From an uncultured Candidatus Peribacteria bacterium (GTDB lineage Bacteria > Patescibacteriota > Gracilibacteria > UBA1369 > UM-FILTER-41-14): a stretch of 48,845 nucleotides of DNA. Position 1 is the stretch's first letter. The number at the start of each line of letters is the position of its first letter. Positions 19,101 through 26,401 of the stretch are shown piece after piece. The stretch is taken from assembly GCA_964386265.1 (NCBI GenBank), contig CAYLRB010000001.1, positions 1 through 48,845 of the forward strand. The letters run 5' to 3'. The position numbers and the translations under genes were made by a program. The notes below the pieces were generated by a model. It searched no databases, was not told the DNA's origin, and was given only the letters and a program-made list of their open reading frames with translations.

Positions 19101-22100
19101 AAGTTCTTCAGTGATCTGGAAACAGATCTTGATGGTTTAAACAGTCTTTATACGGAGATTGGTGCATACAGTATGTTGAAGATCGAGATTGAGAACTATG
19201 AAATTCAATATCCATATTTACCGCCAGAACTAATACATAATTTCATGGTAGATTATGCAGAGTGGAAAAATCAACTTGAGCGAGAAGTCGATCAAACACT
19301 TACCTCTTGGGGATGTTACGCAAACGGGTTTCCGGAAGTGATAAATTCATTAGGAGGCCCGGAAAGTCTTAGCGGATTGCCGATTACGGAAAAGTTAGCT
19401 CGTTTATTAAAGAATGCTGGTGAATTAAGTATAGAAAAACGTCAAGATCCTAAAAATTATTGTTATCAATTGCTTTTAACTTATGGAGGAATTTCAGCAG
19501 ATTTTAATGCGAATCTTGAAATTTTAGCAGAGTACTTAAGCTTACCTTCAATTATTTTCACAGTCGATAACTGGCGAGATAAGTTGCTCGCAGGCGTAAT
19601 CGAAATTGTAGACAACGTAAACAAAAATATAGTTGGCTATTTAAATACAACAACAAAGCGAATCGAAGCGTGGGATCAAATGCTTAAAGATTTGCAAAGA
19701 GTCTGGAAGCAGTTCTCGCTCCTTGTGAATTTATCCCTTGATTATTTAAAACAGTGTGACGATTGTCGAACCCACAGATACAGCGACTATTCATTATTAA
19801 TTGATCTGTTTGTTGATTCCCCTGAGTTACCAGTTTTTGCATTACCTAAGTGGCCAGATATTACATTAGATTTTTCTGATATTCGAGCAGGCGCAACGAT
19901 AACTGTTCCAGAGTTTAGTTTTGTTCCAAAACCAATTACGTTACCTACTTTACCGCGGATTAATTTGCCAGACTCGCCACCAATAAGCTTTTTAACGCAA
20001 CTGCCGGAGTTCGGTTTGTTTTTAGGGGTGCGTTTGCCAGATCCACCAGATTTACCGGATATATTGGAGAAAGTAGAATTGCCAGATCTATTTAACATCG
20101 AAATTCCAAAGTTGCCGCTAATTCCATTGCCACCAGATATTGGTAGTTTCGGTGCCGAGTACGAAGCGTTAGTGGCTTCTAGTTTGGAGTTGGTGAGTAA
20201 AGTATTGCGAATTATCTGTATTTTAGAACAGGGTTTGATTCCCGTGCCAGAAACTTTCTTAAAGCAAAAAATAGAACAGTTGACCGCGCGACCACTAAAT
20301 CCGCCATTGCCAATCGATATAGAAGCCGGCATAGGGTTTAAGCTGCCGTTGCCCGAAAGTATCGGCGCATACTTGAGTAAAGTTACAGTAAAAACTCATA
20401 TATTGCTGGACATTGAAGCCGATCCACTTAGTTTTGTTATTCAGCCACTAGTTGATTACATAAATGGACACACTACAGATTTTTCTAGCTCTTGGAATGA
20501 GCAAGTTAATAAAATAACTAATCTCCTGAATGTACAAAAAATTATTGATGATCTTGTGGATAGCGCAGGAAATTTTAAAGAGATAGATTCGTTGGAATTA
20601 GAGTATTCGCCTAATGAGCAGCAGCTGTTTAAAGATTTAGATATTGATCTGTCTTCAGGTTTGCAACGCTTATATGCACAAGCAGGACCAGTTGTGCCAG
20701 CTGTATTAGCTGATCAGCCAGCCGGGGATATTGCTTCAGTACTAGCACCAGGCATCTATATTAACGATGGTGAGACAGAGCAGGCAATGCGTCTAGTTGA
20801 TTATCAGCCAGAGGTGGCATCGGATACGCATTTGAGCTTTATAGATTTTGATGGAGATGGTGATGCTGATGTTGTTTATAATGTTGACAACAAGCTTTAC
20901 TTAAAACGCAATAGCACACAAGAAGTAGATCCGTTTTACAACGATGAAGATCCAGTGAGTGCTAATTTTGACGATTTGATGTCCGAAACTACGCCAGTCC
21001 AGAATCAGCAGGTTACCGAATTAGCTGCTCAAGTAGATAGCGATATTATTAATTTAACAATACCTCAATTAGCACGTGGAGAAATGTTGATCGTAAATGT
21101 CGCGCCAAAAGGTTTGGAAATCGAGCCAATCGAAAATCAATATATTGTTACAACTGAACTAGAATCGAGCATTGCTGATAAACTTTCTGCACCTGATAAT
21201 TCAGGCTGGAAGCTAATTAATAGCAATAATAGACGATTGAAATTGGAAGCCGGAGATGTTGATCGTGCAAGTGGGACAACAAGTTATTTACAACAGGTTA
21301 GTCCGTATAATTCAGCATTGCTTACTATTCCAAGACCAGAAGGCGCATATGTAGTTACTTGGCAGCGAGTTGTTGGCGGCAAATTGGTAGCTGCAAACCA
21401 ACAAATTGGCATCACAGAACTTGATTGTAGCGATATCAATCCACCAACAATTCCGGACAAGCTTACTAGTATCGATGTTCTTGTTTATCAAATGCCCGAG
21501 ATTGACTTATCAACCGCTTTTGACCGTGATTCAGAGATTATGAGTTATTTCGTTGATACAAATCCTGATTTAGACAGCGATGGTGATGGAATAACAGATA
21601 ACGATAGAGTTTTAGAAGGCGATAATCAGCCTCGTGTTGATACAAATAACGATGGAATAAGTGACAATGATGCCAATATTTCAGTGTTTAGGTTGCGCGC
21701 CTACGACAAACCCGGTCAACGAACTGTGGTAGCTCATGTTGTTGATAAGTCAGGTAATAGAGCCAGTCGTAAAATCAACATTAACGTCAAAGTGCCAGAT
21801 ATTTTTGTAACGTCTGTTACAGTAGATGAGATTAGCGGCTATATTTCACCAGCTGTTGCCAATATCCCTATTAGTTTAGTAAGAGAGCGTAATGGCCAAG
21901 CAACCATAATTCCAACACGAAGTTCTGTTGTCAAAACTGACAACAAAGGGAGATTCACTGTTGAGGATGGTTTGGAAAATCAGCAGGTAGCTTATATCCT
22001 CGATCGATCACAACAGCGTATTGCTACAATAGGTCTTGAGTCGGGCACAATCCTTGCAAGTTCTGCTCTTAAAGTCGCTGTTCGAACTGAAGAAGTTGGT

Positions 22101-23576
22101 GGAACTGCTTATTTGTTACAATCACCAAGTGGCACAACAATTACACAAGTTAGGGCTTTAACTTCAGCCTTAAACGACGTAGATCTTTATGATGGACAAA
22201 ATCGAAAAGAGTTAAGAGCGTATCAAGGGGTTCTCGTTGATGATTTGCAAGACAGTGATGTTTGGAGGTGGAGCTTATTAGCAGGAGACGATCAAGGTTA
22301 TCCGGGTGGAGCTGCCTTGACATTAAACAATCAGCGTCGGTTAATTATTACACCTTCAGGCCGTATAACCCTTGTTGATCAACCAGATATTAAACTGCAA
22401 CTTAGTAAAGTCACTAACGTAAGCCAACCACAATGGATTGAGGTTTATGATACAAACAATAATCAAGCGTTAGCTAGAATTTATCTTGGAAACAAAGAGT
22501 TATCGCTCGATGATTTAGCAGATCAGCTAGTAGTACGACGCAGGCCGCCCGCCGAAGCTACCAATGAAGATAGTCCAAGGCTGCCATTTGCTGATGTTCA
22601 AGAAAGCGACAGTGATTATGACCTATTGGTTGGGTTATATGAACGCGGTCTACTTAGTGGTAAAAATCGAGATGGTAACCTTGTAGCTGATCTTGATGCC
22701 ACACTTAGTAGAGCTGAGTTTACCAGCTTGTTGCTAAAACTTAGCTGTATTATTCCAAGGGATGAAGCAAAAGCCGCACCAGCATTATTTGCTGATATTC
22801 CTTACAAAGTCGATGGCCTAGAGTGGTATTACGCTCCAATTAAAGAGGCGGCATTGCAAGGGTTTGTTACAGGTTACCAAGGGCAGATCGACCCTGCTAG
22901 TGGGTTGCCAATCTTCTTGCCGGAAGCCAATATTAGTGTTGCAGAAGTCGCGAAAGTGATACTTGAAGTGCTTGAATCAAAAAATGTCATTGATTTGAGT
23001 AAGGTCAGTAAAGATGCCAATCCTTGGTATTTACCATACCTTGCAGCTGCACAAAGCGAGAAAAGTCCAATTTTAACCACTGATGAAGCCGCTAAGCCAA
23101 ACAAAGCAGTAACACGCCGAGAGTTCTTTAGGATTGTAAACCGTGTTCTATCATTCTCAAACTGTGTGGATTTAGATGATGATCGTGATGGTATGCCATT
23201 CCATTTTGAAGCCAAATACAATCTAAACCCAAAACAAAATGATGCTAACGCTGATCCTGATGGTGATGGCTTGAACAATTTGGCTGAGTATACTCACAAA
23301 ACAAACCCACTTGATCCTGATACAGATGATGGTGGTGTGGGAGACGGGATAGAAGTGCGTAGAAAGACAAATCCATTAAATCCGCGTGACGATCTACCAG
23401 TCGTAGATCCAAATGCCGGCGTAGATGTTACAGAAATAAGTTGTAATCAATGTCCATGTCCTTATACACTAGAATACGGAACAACAGTTCTTACAACGGA
23501 TCAGTTTATAGGTATTATTCGGGATAATGATGGCAACATTGTCCAGAGGTCCAATCGTTATCAAAGTTCTCGTTAA
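13107..23576 (+). CDS. Giant (3,489 aa) secreted mosaic cell-surface protein with C-terminal SLH anchors
   Basis: The single ORF runs 10.4 kb without interruption and has an N-terminal signal/anchor (FGGLFLPFLSLVLLGYLLFGG...GRAQ). Recognisable modules by motif:
- Ig-like Big_1-type (VTVKVLNSAGQVVSGQVININLKVSG, ~16015-16210).
- DUF11-like (VRDVNGQRIEAGELLEYNILLTNVGQQPVNG, ~17740-18020).
- FG-GAP/VCBS-like (IDFDGDGDADVVYN, ~20840-20900).
- Thrombospondin type-3-like Ca-binding repeats (DSDGDGITDND, DTNNDGISDND at ~21555-21680; DPDGDGLNNLAEY, DPDTDDGGVGDG at ~23165-23400).
- Three SLH-like units (FADVQESDSDYDLLVGLYERGLLSG...LSRAEF; FADIPYKVDGLEWYYAPIKEAALQGFVTGY...; ...AVTRREFFRIVNRVL; ~22585-23150).

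The first ~900 aa and residues ~1750-2500 have no motif I recognise. Confidence 0.9.
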   Translation: MNLSPIILRRLKRFGGLFLPFLSLVLLGYLLFGGQLVGRAQLDDDVVKQTVVILVQESLLESDERFGGLASEYSALRNVNLANRIDRYAKDIQATLPQTETVILPIPQTASALNIHQLLQRLTLFSSDQLVAPPVGVVLVGDLPLPTVENNGVNQVSVYPYTDFLDTRYVWDALSESFVLRQETSKPELWHGLIKFEQEVDYAIYFDKNHLTKIGHEDFTAKRRIFFSDLPDEQVSLNEDLLPAYANFISVSKQRSYQHYTSDLLRILANRFNSGFNDVDLTRLSEEIADVASGSGDLADTYVKQQIESFSRPFITLFSGYYSRILPIIEQTGRYRNERNEITTVPQQVSYVDERQEQLFKAVNSRVEKLVDDIVEEVAQPARLFAAIELTGTAKLKNGQTINLSRQLFFNHRSRTAVTVSELVSHAKAPGGVAGTVTKFNRGLASIIVAVQELDPVFGTNGTLLATSVSLTENSLSQALAQSSLYINSQPVTKISTAEQCRFQRGQKADQQVVTSRNFSINQSSEPAQCYLPWASGEENRWLKDKFKCDQFNGIELLDEHRLTKVVNGDDALTTHESCYAFRSPTTYFRTELGEVPFDQVDNPANIVLSDSLNLDLATALKAINSDLDLNSQSAWSAALANLPNDKITLTGEDLGLTDVAELTLKTNIIGESKTVSSVIDHKDPIPEVLNRQFTEGISRNLPIDGKRYISFVNRRGQAEYLFYPDLFAAGSFSNYLEELKKVETRLSQLSRQNYRGYLTKVVNEELTDWDEDFENVTTVNENELRNFLNWQVSDLQTKYQLAFQLGLQGLNSWGQLNEAGTYEVAVLNLPFNDSETPDTLAFDLPKIVADSNLGSLENLTTANNDLTESDEEDEADLGEARTFTASELEATANCNQYYTARGMVRFLDYASYLDCWFTNEVQTSINQLVDLPSLKLPEVANPLPPQNQVVSSLEINALDQFVNSSNKQKVTVKVLNSAGQVVSGQVININLKVSGAAKIAGSSLQTTTSGQSEFEIELTKNKGVVKLEASLLDLTVRKNIQVVEPYNVSLTGANFRAGSENAQLEIKVTNPSVDQTLLKEIKIDSEGIPSLNGTFALENGMLLINPALPTKSGRYPLKINLAGNTVQRSVLVKPAELAKVETASKTVSKFDRKVVVNFFDRFGNKVDDRLIRGSLANNNQSITFSQTNFRTENGSIELPFSSSQSGVYQLTLDIEGFAEPYLLNLIVTEQLSFEQLKGLSPAAQHLQLHSNLNNEAAGEWVSQWLLNGKAQTIAVTPQTETYQQLYNIAGSNTVGEAYSANQDDSLIVWGDPTFKLPANTTSNVRGFSADLGEVIADLPAPIAHIATNDDTLALATTEGEIYLLQDDSLELLTSIPLGVRKLVWWKPERRASNAVLLVVTEDVCSELEGCLFAIYFDDNGRLRQESVPIKTNGKITNLLVDDLSDDREDDLLVVNEAQNLLLFLNSEGVNDTFQNWVNYEPVRIASLAAEANPERNLSKYFLWHQPGYTPSESEQIVENTSNYNKVINGKIYRTLNQVNQLKTSTVSVRDVNGQRIEAGELLEYNILLTNVGQQPVNGSLALPVAGEYRVQLDSVSCPNCSIQNEQSDQYPYRIDGISVQSGQTLNITFRAKLERLPDQTSHLSIVTDADGYPADGKADIRVVNRGSGIITYLYSTQNDRGQIVYRRQEVAQSTATATGQAADLLQTNRTAQQALQNGNIDSLRAQAEADYQSTLRADKDGNDILDSLESTTGKAHKIADKVNSLIEDIFCSGGCIATPVNHAFLVDGWGIPGSGPAVPVIAISKLPPFFQPGIAAGSVFRQYLSPTLTGELGLATCYGLYPFGSCHAFRVGLLEHFGDICADINNSIISAFNVAQDVVYNAISGEVGDGQFGIVVGAEGSVGNTQTPTGISTSVNVDVPGFPEILTNWLEAQRREITKLTDLPDLTVIYPDFSGYFDSLRQEADDLPSQAESQDNNEIPENETVGEQVERYSKNYQKFFSDLETDLDGLNSLYTEIGAYSMLKIEIENYEIQYPYLPPELIHNFMVDYAEWKNQLEREVDQTLTSWGCYANGFPEVINSLGGPESLSGLPITEKLARLLKNAGELSIEKRQDPKNYCYQLLLTYGGISADFNANLEILAEYLSLPSIIFTVDNWRDKLLAGVIEIVDNVNKNIVGYLNTTTKRIEAWDQMLKDLQRVWKQFSLLVNLSLDYLKQCDDCRTHRYSDYSLLIDLFVDSPELPVFALPKWPDITLDFSDIRAGATITVPEFSFVPKPITLPTLPRINLPDSPPISFLTQLPEFGLFLGVRLPDPPDLPDILEKVELPDLFNIEIPKLPLIPLPPDIGSFGAEYEALVASSLELVSKVLRIICILEQGLIPVPETFLKQKIEQLTARPLNPPLPIDIEAGIGFKLPLPESIGAYLSKVTVKTHILLDIEADPLSFVIQPLVDYINGHTTDFSSSWNEQVNKITNLLNVQKIIDDLVDSAGNFKEIDSLELEYSPNEQQLFKDLDIDLSSGLQRLYAQAGPVVPAVLADQPAGDIASVLAPGIYINDGETEQAMRLVDYQPEVASDTHLSFIDFDGDGDADVVYNVDNKLYLKRNSTQEVDPFYNDEDPVSANFDDLMSETTPVQNQQVTELAAQVDSDIINLTIPQLARGEMLIVNVAPKGLEIEPIENQYIVTTELESSIADKLSAPDNSGWKLINSNNRRLKLEAGDVDRASGTTSYLQQVSPYNSALLTIPRPEGAYVVTWQRVVGGKLVAANQQIGITELDCSDINPPTIPDKLTSIDVLVYQMPEIDLSTAFDRDSEIMSYFVDTNPDLDSDGDGITDNDRVLEGDNQPRVDTNNDGISDNDANISVFRLRAYDKPGQRTVVAHVVDKSGNRASRKININVKVPDIFVTSVTVDEISGYISPAVANIPISLVRERNGQATIIPTRSSVVKTDNKGRFTVEDGLENQQVAYILDRSQQRIATIGLESGTILASSALKVAVRTEEVGGTAYLLQSPSGTTITQVRALTSALNDVDLYDGQNRKELRAYQGVLVDDLQDSDVWRWSLLAGDDQGYPGGAALTLNNQRRLIITPSGRITLVDQPDIKLQLSKVTNVSQPQWIEVYDTNNNQALARIYLGNKELSLDDLADQLVVRRRPPAEATNEDSPRLPFADVQESDSDYDLLVGLYERGLLSGKNRDGNLVADLDATLSRAEFTSLLLKLSCIIPRDEAKAAPALFADIPYKVDGLEWYYAPIKEAALQGFVTGYQGQIDPASGLPIFLPEANISVAEVAKVILEVLESKNVIDLSKVSKDANPWYLPYLAAAQSEKSPILTTDEAAKPNKAVTRREFFRIVNRVLSFSNCVDLDDDRDGMPFHFEAKYNLNPKQNDANADPDGDGLNNLAEYTHKTNPLDPDTDDGGVGDGIEVRRKTNPLNPRDDLPVVDPNAGVDVTEISCNQCPCPYTLEYGTTVLTTDQFIGIIRDNDGNIVQRSNRYQSSR

Positions 23577-23584
23577 ATAAAAAT

Positions 23585-24223
23585 ATGTCACCAAAAACAA
23601 AAAAACATTTAGCGGCTAAGCCAAATAAAAAAATTAGAATTTTATTAACTAGTCTATTAGTTGTACTGTCGGTTTTTGGAGCTGGTTCATATATTTTTGC
23701 TCAATCAGCAAACAATCCAGTAGCTAACAATGAAACTCAGTCTGTTAATAATTTTGACAACAAAGTAACGCTCTATTGTCAGCAGGTTTTTCCAATTGTG
23801 CTTAGCGATATTTTAGCAGAATTTTTTACTAAATTAGATGCTGTAAGCCAGAATACGCAGGTCGTGTCACAACAAATTGATGATGTACTAAACGCCTTTA
23901 ACCAGACGGCGGAAAAATTGTTAACGGCAAAAACTACGGCATTAAATGAGTTAGATCCAGATCGGAATACTGTTAGCGCCATTAATTCAATCGAGGCTTG
24001 TGAGCAACGCTACGAAGAGGCAGTTAGAGTAAGCCGTGAAACAATGGAGGTCTATTTAGCAAAAGTTAGTAAGCAAAAATCATCTTTAGCTATAAGTCAG
24101 CAGTACGACTACCTTAATAATAAGGCAAGTAATCTGCTTTCGGAATTAACTAAAACAAAAACCTTCTTTGAAGATTTTAATAAAAATTTACCACAATGCA
24201 CAATCGCTTGCGCCAAGCAATAA
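23585..24223 (+). CDS. Secreted helix-rich protein, accessory gene 1 of the giant-gene operon (unknown family)
   Basis: Lys-rich N-terminus plus hydrophobic segment ending IFAQS. Starts 8 nt after the giant-gene stop. Cys at positions 65, 139, 205 and 209; the C-terminus is ...NLPQCTIACAKQ. Confidence 0.7.
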   Translation: MSPKTKKHLAAKPNKKIRILLTSLLVVLSVFGAGSYIFAQSANNPVANNETQSVNNFDNKVTLYCQQVFPIVLSDILAEFFTKLDAVSQNTQVVSQQIDDVLNAFNQTAEKLLTAKTTALNELDPDRNTVSAINSIEACEQRYEEAVRVSRETMEVYLAKVSKQKSSLAISQQYDYLNNKASNLLSELTKTKTFFEDFNKNLPQCTIACAKQ

Positions 24224-24870
24224 CGGCGCCAATTATAATCGTAGTCTTAGCTTTAGTAGCGGCGTTAATCTTTACCTTCGCCAGCTCCGCTACCGCTGCG
24301 CCTAAGCTCTCAAATAGCGAGCTTGTGGGATTAGTTGCAGAGTATCACGTTGAGGCCAATCAACTTGTGGATATGCGCATAAAAGGTGTGGCGGAGCAGC
24401 TAAACCAGCTAAAAAAGAAGCCGTCGTTAAGAGCCGGCATACAAGCCAAATTTCAAGTGCCACTTAATTTGGAGGAACAGTGTTTATCCGATGATAAAGA
24501 ACAGACGGAGCTGAATTATAGTAGTACATGCTTGTATTTTGAACTTAAATTACTTAGAGATGATTTTTTAAGCAAACTACCCAAGGCAGAATTGAACTAC
24601 GATCAGTTAGGCTTGAACAGTACAGAATTACAGTCTCAAGCAGGTTTGGAAAGCGAGATCCGTAAGAAACAAAGCGATTTGTCTTTAGATTTAATTGACG
24701 CAACTCTAACGGCCTATAACCAAATAGTCACAGCGGCAATTTTGCACACTGAAAACGAATCAACATTAGCTGAAATTGAGACACTCCAAGATCATTTGTA
24801 TGATCTTGATTTGATAACACAAAATTTGCCAAACCGCTTTCATAATGTAACAACAAATCAATGTCGTTAA
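24196..24870 (+). CDS. Secreted helix-rich protein, accessory gene 2 (unknown family)
   Basis: Signal/anchor APIIIVVLALVAALIFTFASSATAAP. Overlaps the upstream gene by 28 nt. It has three Cys, the last being the penultimate residue (...TTNQCR). Confidence 0.7.
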   Translation: MHNRLRQAITAPIIIVVLALVAALIFTFASSATAAPKLSNSELVGLVAEYHVEANQLVDMRIKGVAEQLNQLKKKPSLRAGIQAKFQVPLNLEEQCLSDDKEQTELNYSSTCLYFELKLLRDDFLSKLPKAELNYDQLGLNSTELQSQAGLESEIRKKQSDLSLDLIDATLTAYNQIVTAAILHTENESTLAEIETLQDHLYDLDLITQNLPNRFHNVTTNQCR

Positions 24871-26390
24871 TATTATATTTAAAAATTAGTAGAGCGAATT
24901 GGAGAGCATTAGGAGTGTTCTTTTTAGCAATTTTGATGGCGATTAACCCTTATTATGCAGTTGGAAGAACTGTATTGGCACAAGTGGAAACTGAAATTCC
25001 AAGTCAAACAATTTATGAAGCAATAAATGCAAGAATATCAGATATGGCAGAAGGTGTTTCAAGTTTATCTGATCTTCAGTTAAATGACTTTACAATGGAA
25101 TCTGCTGATCAACCTTCCAACCTATACCTTTTGCTTTATCAGTTAAAAGAGAGTGATAGTCATGAAGGTGCTTTGGCGCAAACAGCGGTTGAAAGTGGGT
25201 ATGATTACTTTACGGTCAGAAACGCAATTGAACAAGGATCATTAGATGACTTGGGTCAAGGTGTTGCTGATCAGCAAACTGAGTTACAAAGGCTACGGAG
25301 TTTGTATGAAGCTGCCTTGCCTATTCAGCAAACACGATTCAATTTGGTTATTCAAAATCATTTTCAACAAGTTTTTGCTGATGGTGATAGTTTAAACGCA
25401 GATTTTGACTTAATTCTCGATTTACAAGAGATGCATGACCAGCTTTTTGTAGGCAAACCACCAACTTTTTTTGAAGCCGATCCTAGTTACCCTGTGAATC
25501 CTAATTTCCAAAGACCGCGTCAAGAATTGCCCAGTAAATTTGAGAGTAATCAGTCGGCACAAATCGCTGAAAATGGTGAGGTAAGTCCAAATTTTTGCCC
25601 AGTTGATCCAGCATTGTCTGCTGCTTTACTAGCTTCAAACAGCTTGCAAGAGCAGGAAGGAGAAGTTGTTTCGAATAACTCTCAAATCGCAAGAAGCGGA
25701 AACAGTAGAGGTGCTAGCGGTAATTTTGTTGCCAGTTTATTTGAAGATGTGATTCCTGATTCACCAATACCTTGTGAGCCAGGGCAGTTTTTTTGTGCAA
25801 CTTTAGAAAAAGAATATGATTACGCTCAGAATTATTTCCCTGGTGAGCAAACGTGTGTGGCTTGTCGATTCGCAAAAATCAACGAGAATATGGCTAAATT
25901 AATGGGGGATACGCTCTATCCAGGGAAAATCACCGGTAAATTGGGCGAGTTAGCAGAGTGTAAAGACGCTTTTTATACTTTGCCTCTGGATGTAAATATT
26001 TCATTTTTACCCAATCCTGTTCCAAAATATAACGAAAAAGTAGCTGAGCAAATTGCTAAGCAAAAAGCAGCAGATTTGGCAGAAAAACTTAAGCAACAAC
26101 CACAAGATATTAGTTATTTAAATAGTCAGCAAATCGGTAATACTAGTTCATCAATTTTGGATATTATTGACCAAAGAGGTCAGATTTTGGCAGCAACAAA
26201 TCAGCAAGCAATTAATCAGTCTAATGTTAAAAAAAGCAGTCTTACGGCTCCAACGGTAGATGTTGGTATCCCAAGTGAAGTGGTTCAGAAAATTCAAGAG
26301 TTTAATCAGTATTTGATTGCTTATCAAAAACTGTTACTTGAGATTAGTGCGTTGGTTGAAGTTATTAGCCAAAAACCTAACTGTTCATAA
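24861..26390 (+). CDS. Secreted protein, accessory gene 3 (unknown family, Cys-rich central part)
   Basis: Signal anchor ALGVFFLAILMAINPYYAV. Overlaps the upstream gene by 10 nt. The central region carries a cysteine cluster (NFCPVD, PIPCEPGQFFCATLE, EQTCVACRF, LAECKD); the C-terminus is ...SQKPNCS. Confidence 0.75.
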   Translation: MSLILYLKISRANWRALGVFFLAILMAINPYYAVGRTVLAQVETEIPSQTIYEAINARISDMAEGVSSLSDLQLNDFTMESADQPSNLYLLLYQLKESDSHEGALAQTAVESGYDYFTVRNAIEQGSLDDLGQGVADQQTELQRLRSLYEAALPIQQTRFNLVIQNHFQQVFADGDSLNADFDLILDLQEMHDQLFVGKPPTFFEADPSYPVNPNFQRPRQELPSKFESNQSAQIAENGEVSPNFCPVDPALSAALLASNSLQEQEGEVVSNNSQIARSGNSRGASGNFVASLFEDVIPDSPIPCEPGQFFCATLEKEYDYAQNYFPGEQTCVACRFAKINENMAKLMGDTLYPGKITGKLGELAECKDAFYTLPLDVNISFLPNPVPKYNEKVAEQIAKQKAADLAEKLKQQPQDISYLNSQQIGNTSSSILDIIDQRGQILAATNQQAINQSNVKKSSLTAPTVDVGIPSEVVQKIQEFNQYLIAYQKLLLEISALVEVISQKPNCS

Positions 26391-26401
26391 TAAATTTATT
26401 T

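Noticed and set aside
19787-20332. 181-aa minus-strand ORF (also 15518-15793, 16487-17049, 18841-19089 and 22874-23278).
   Set aside because: All are antisense shadow ORFs inside the uninterrupted 10.4-kb giant gene. The 181-aa one mirrors the Leu-Pro-rich tract, translating as Gly/Ser/Asn-rich.
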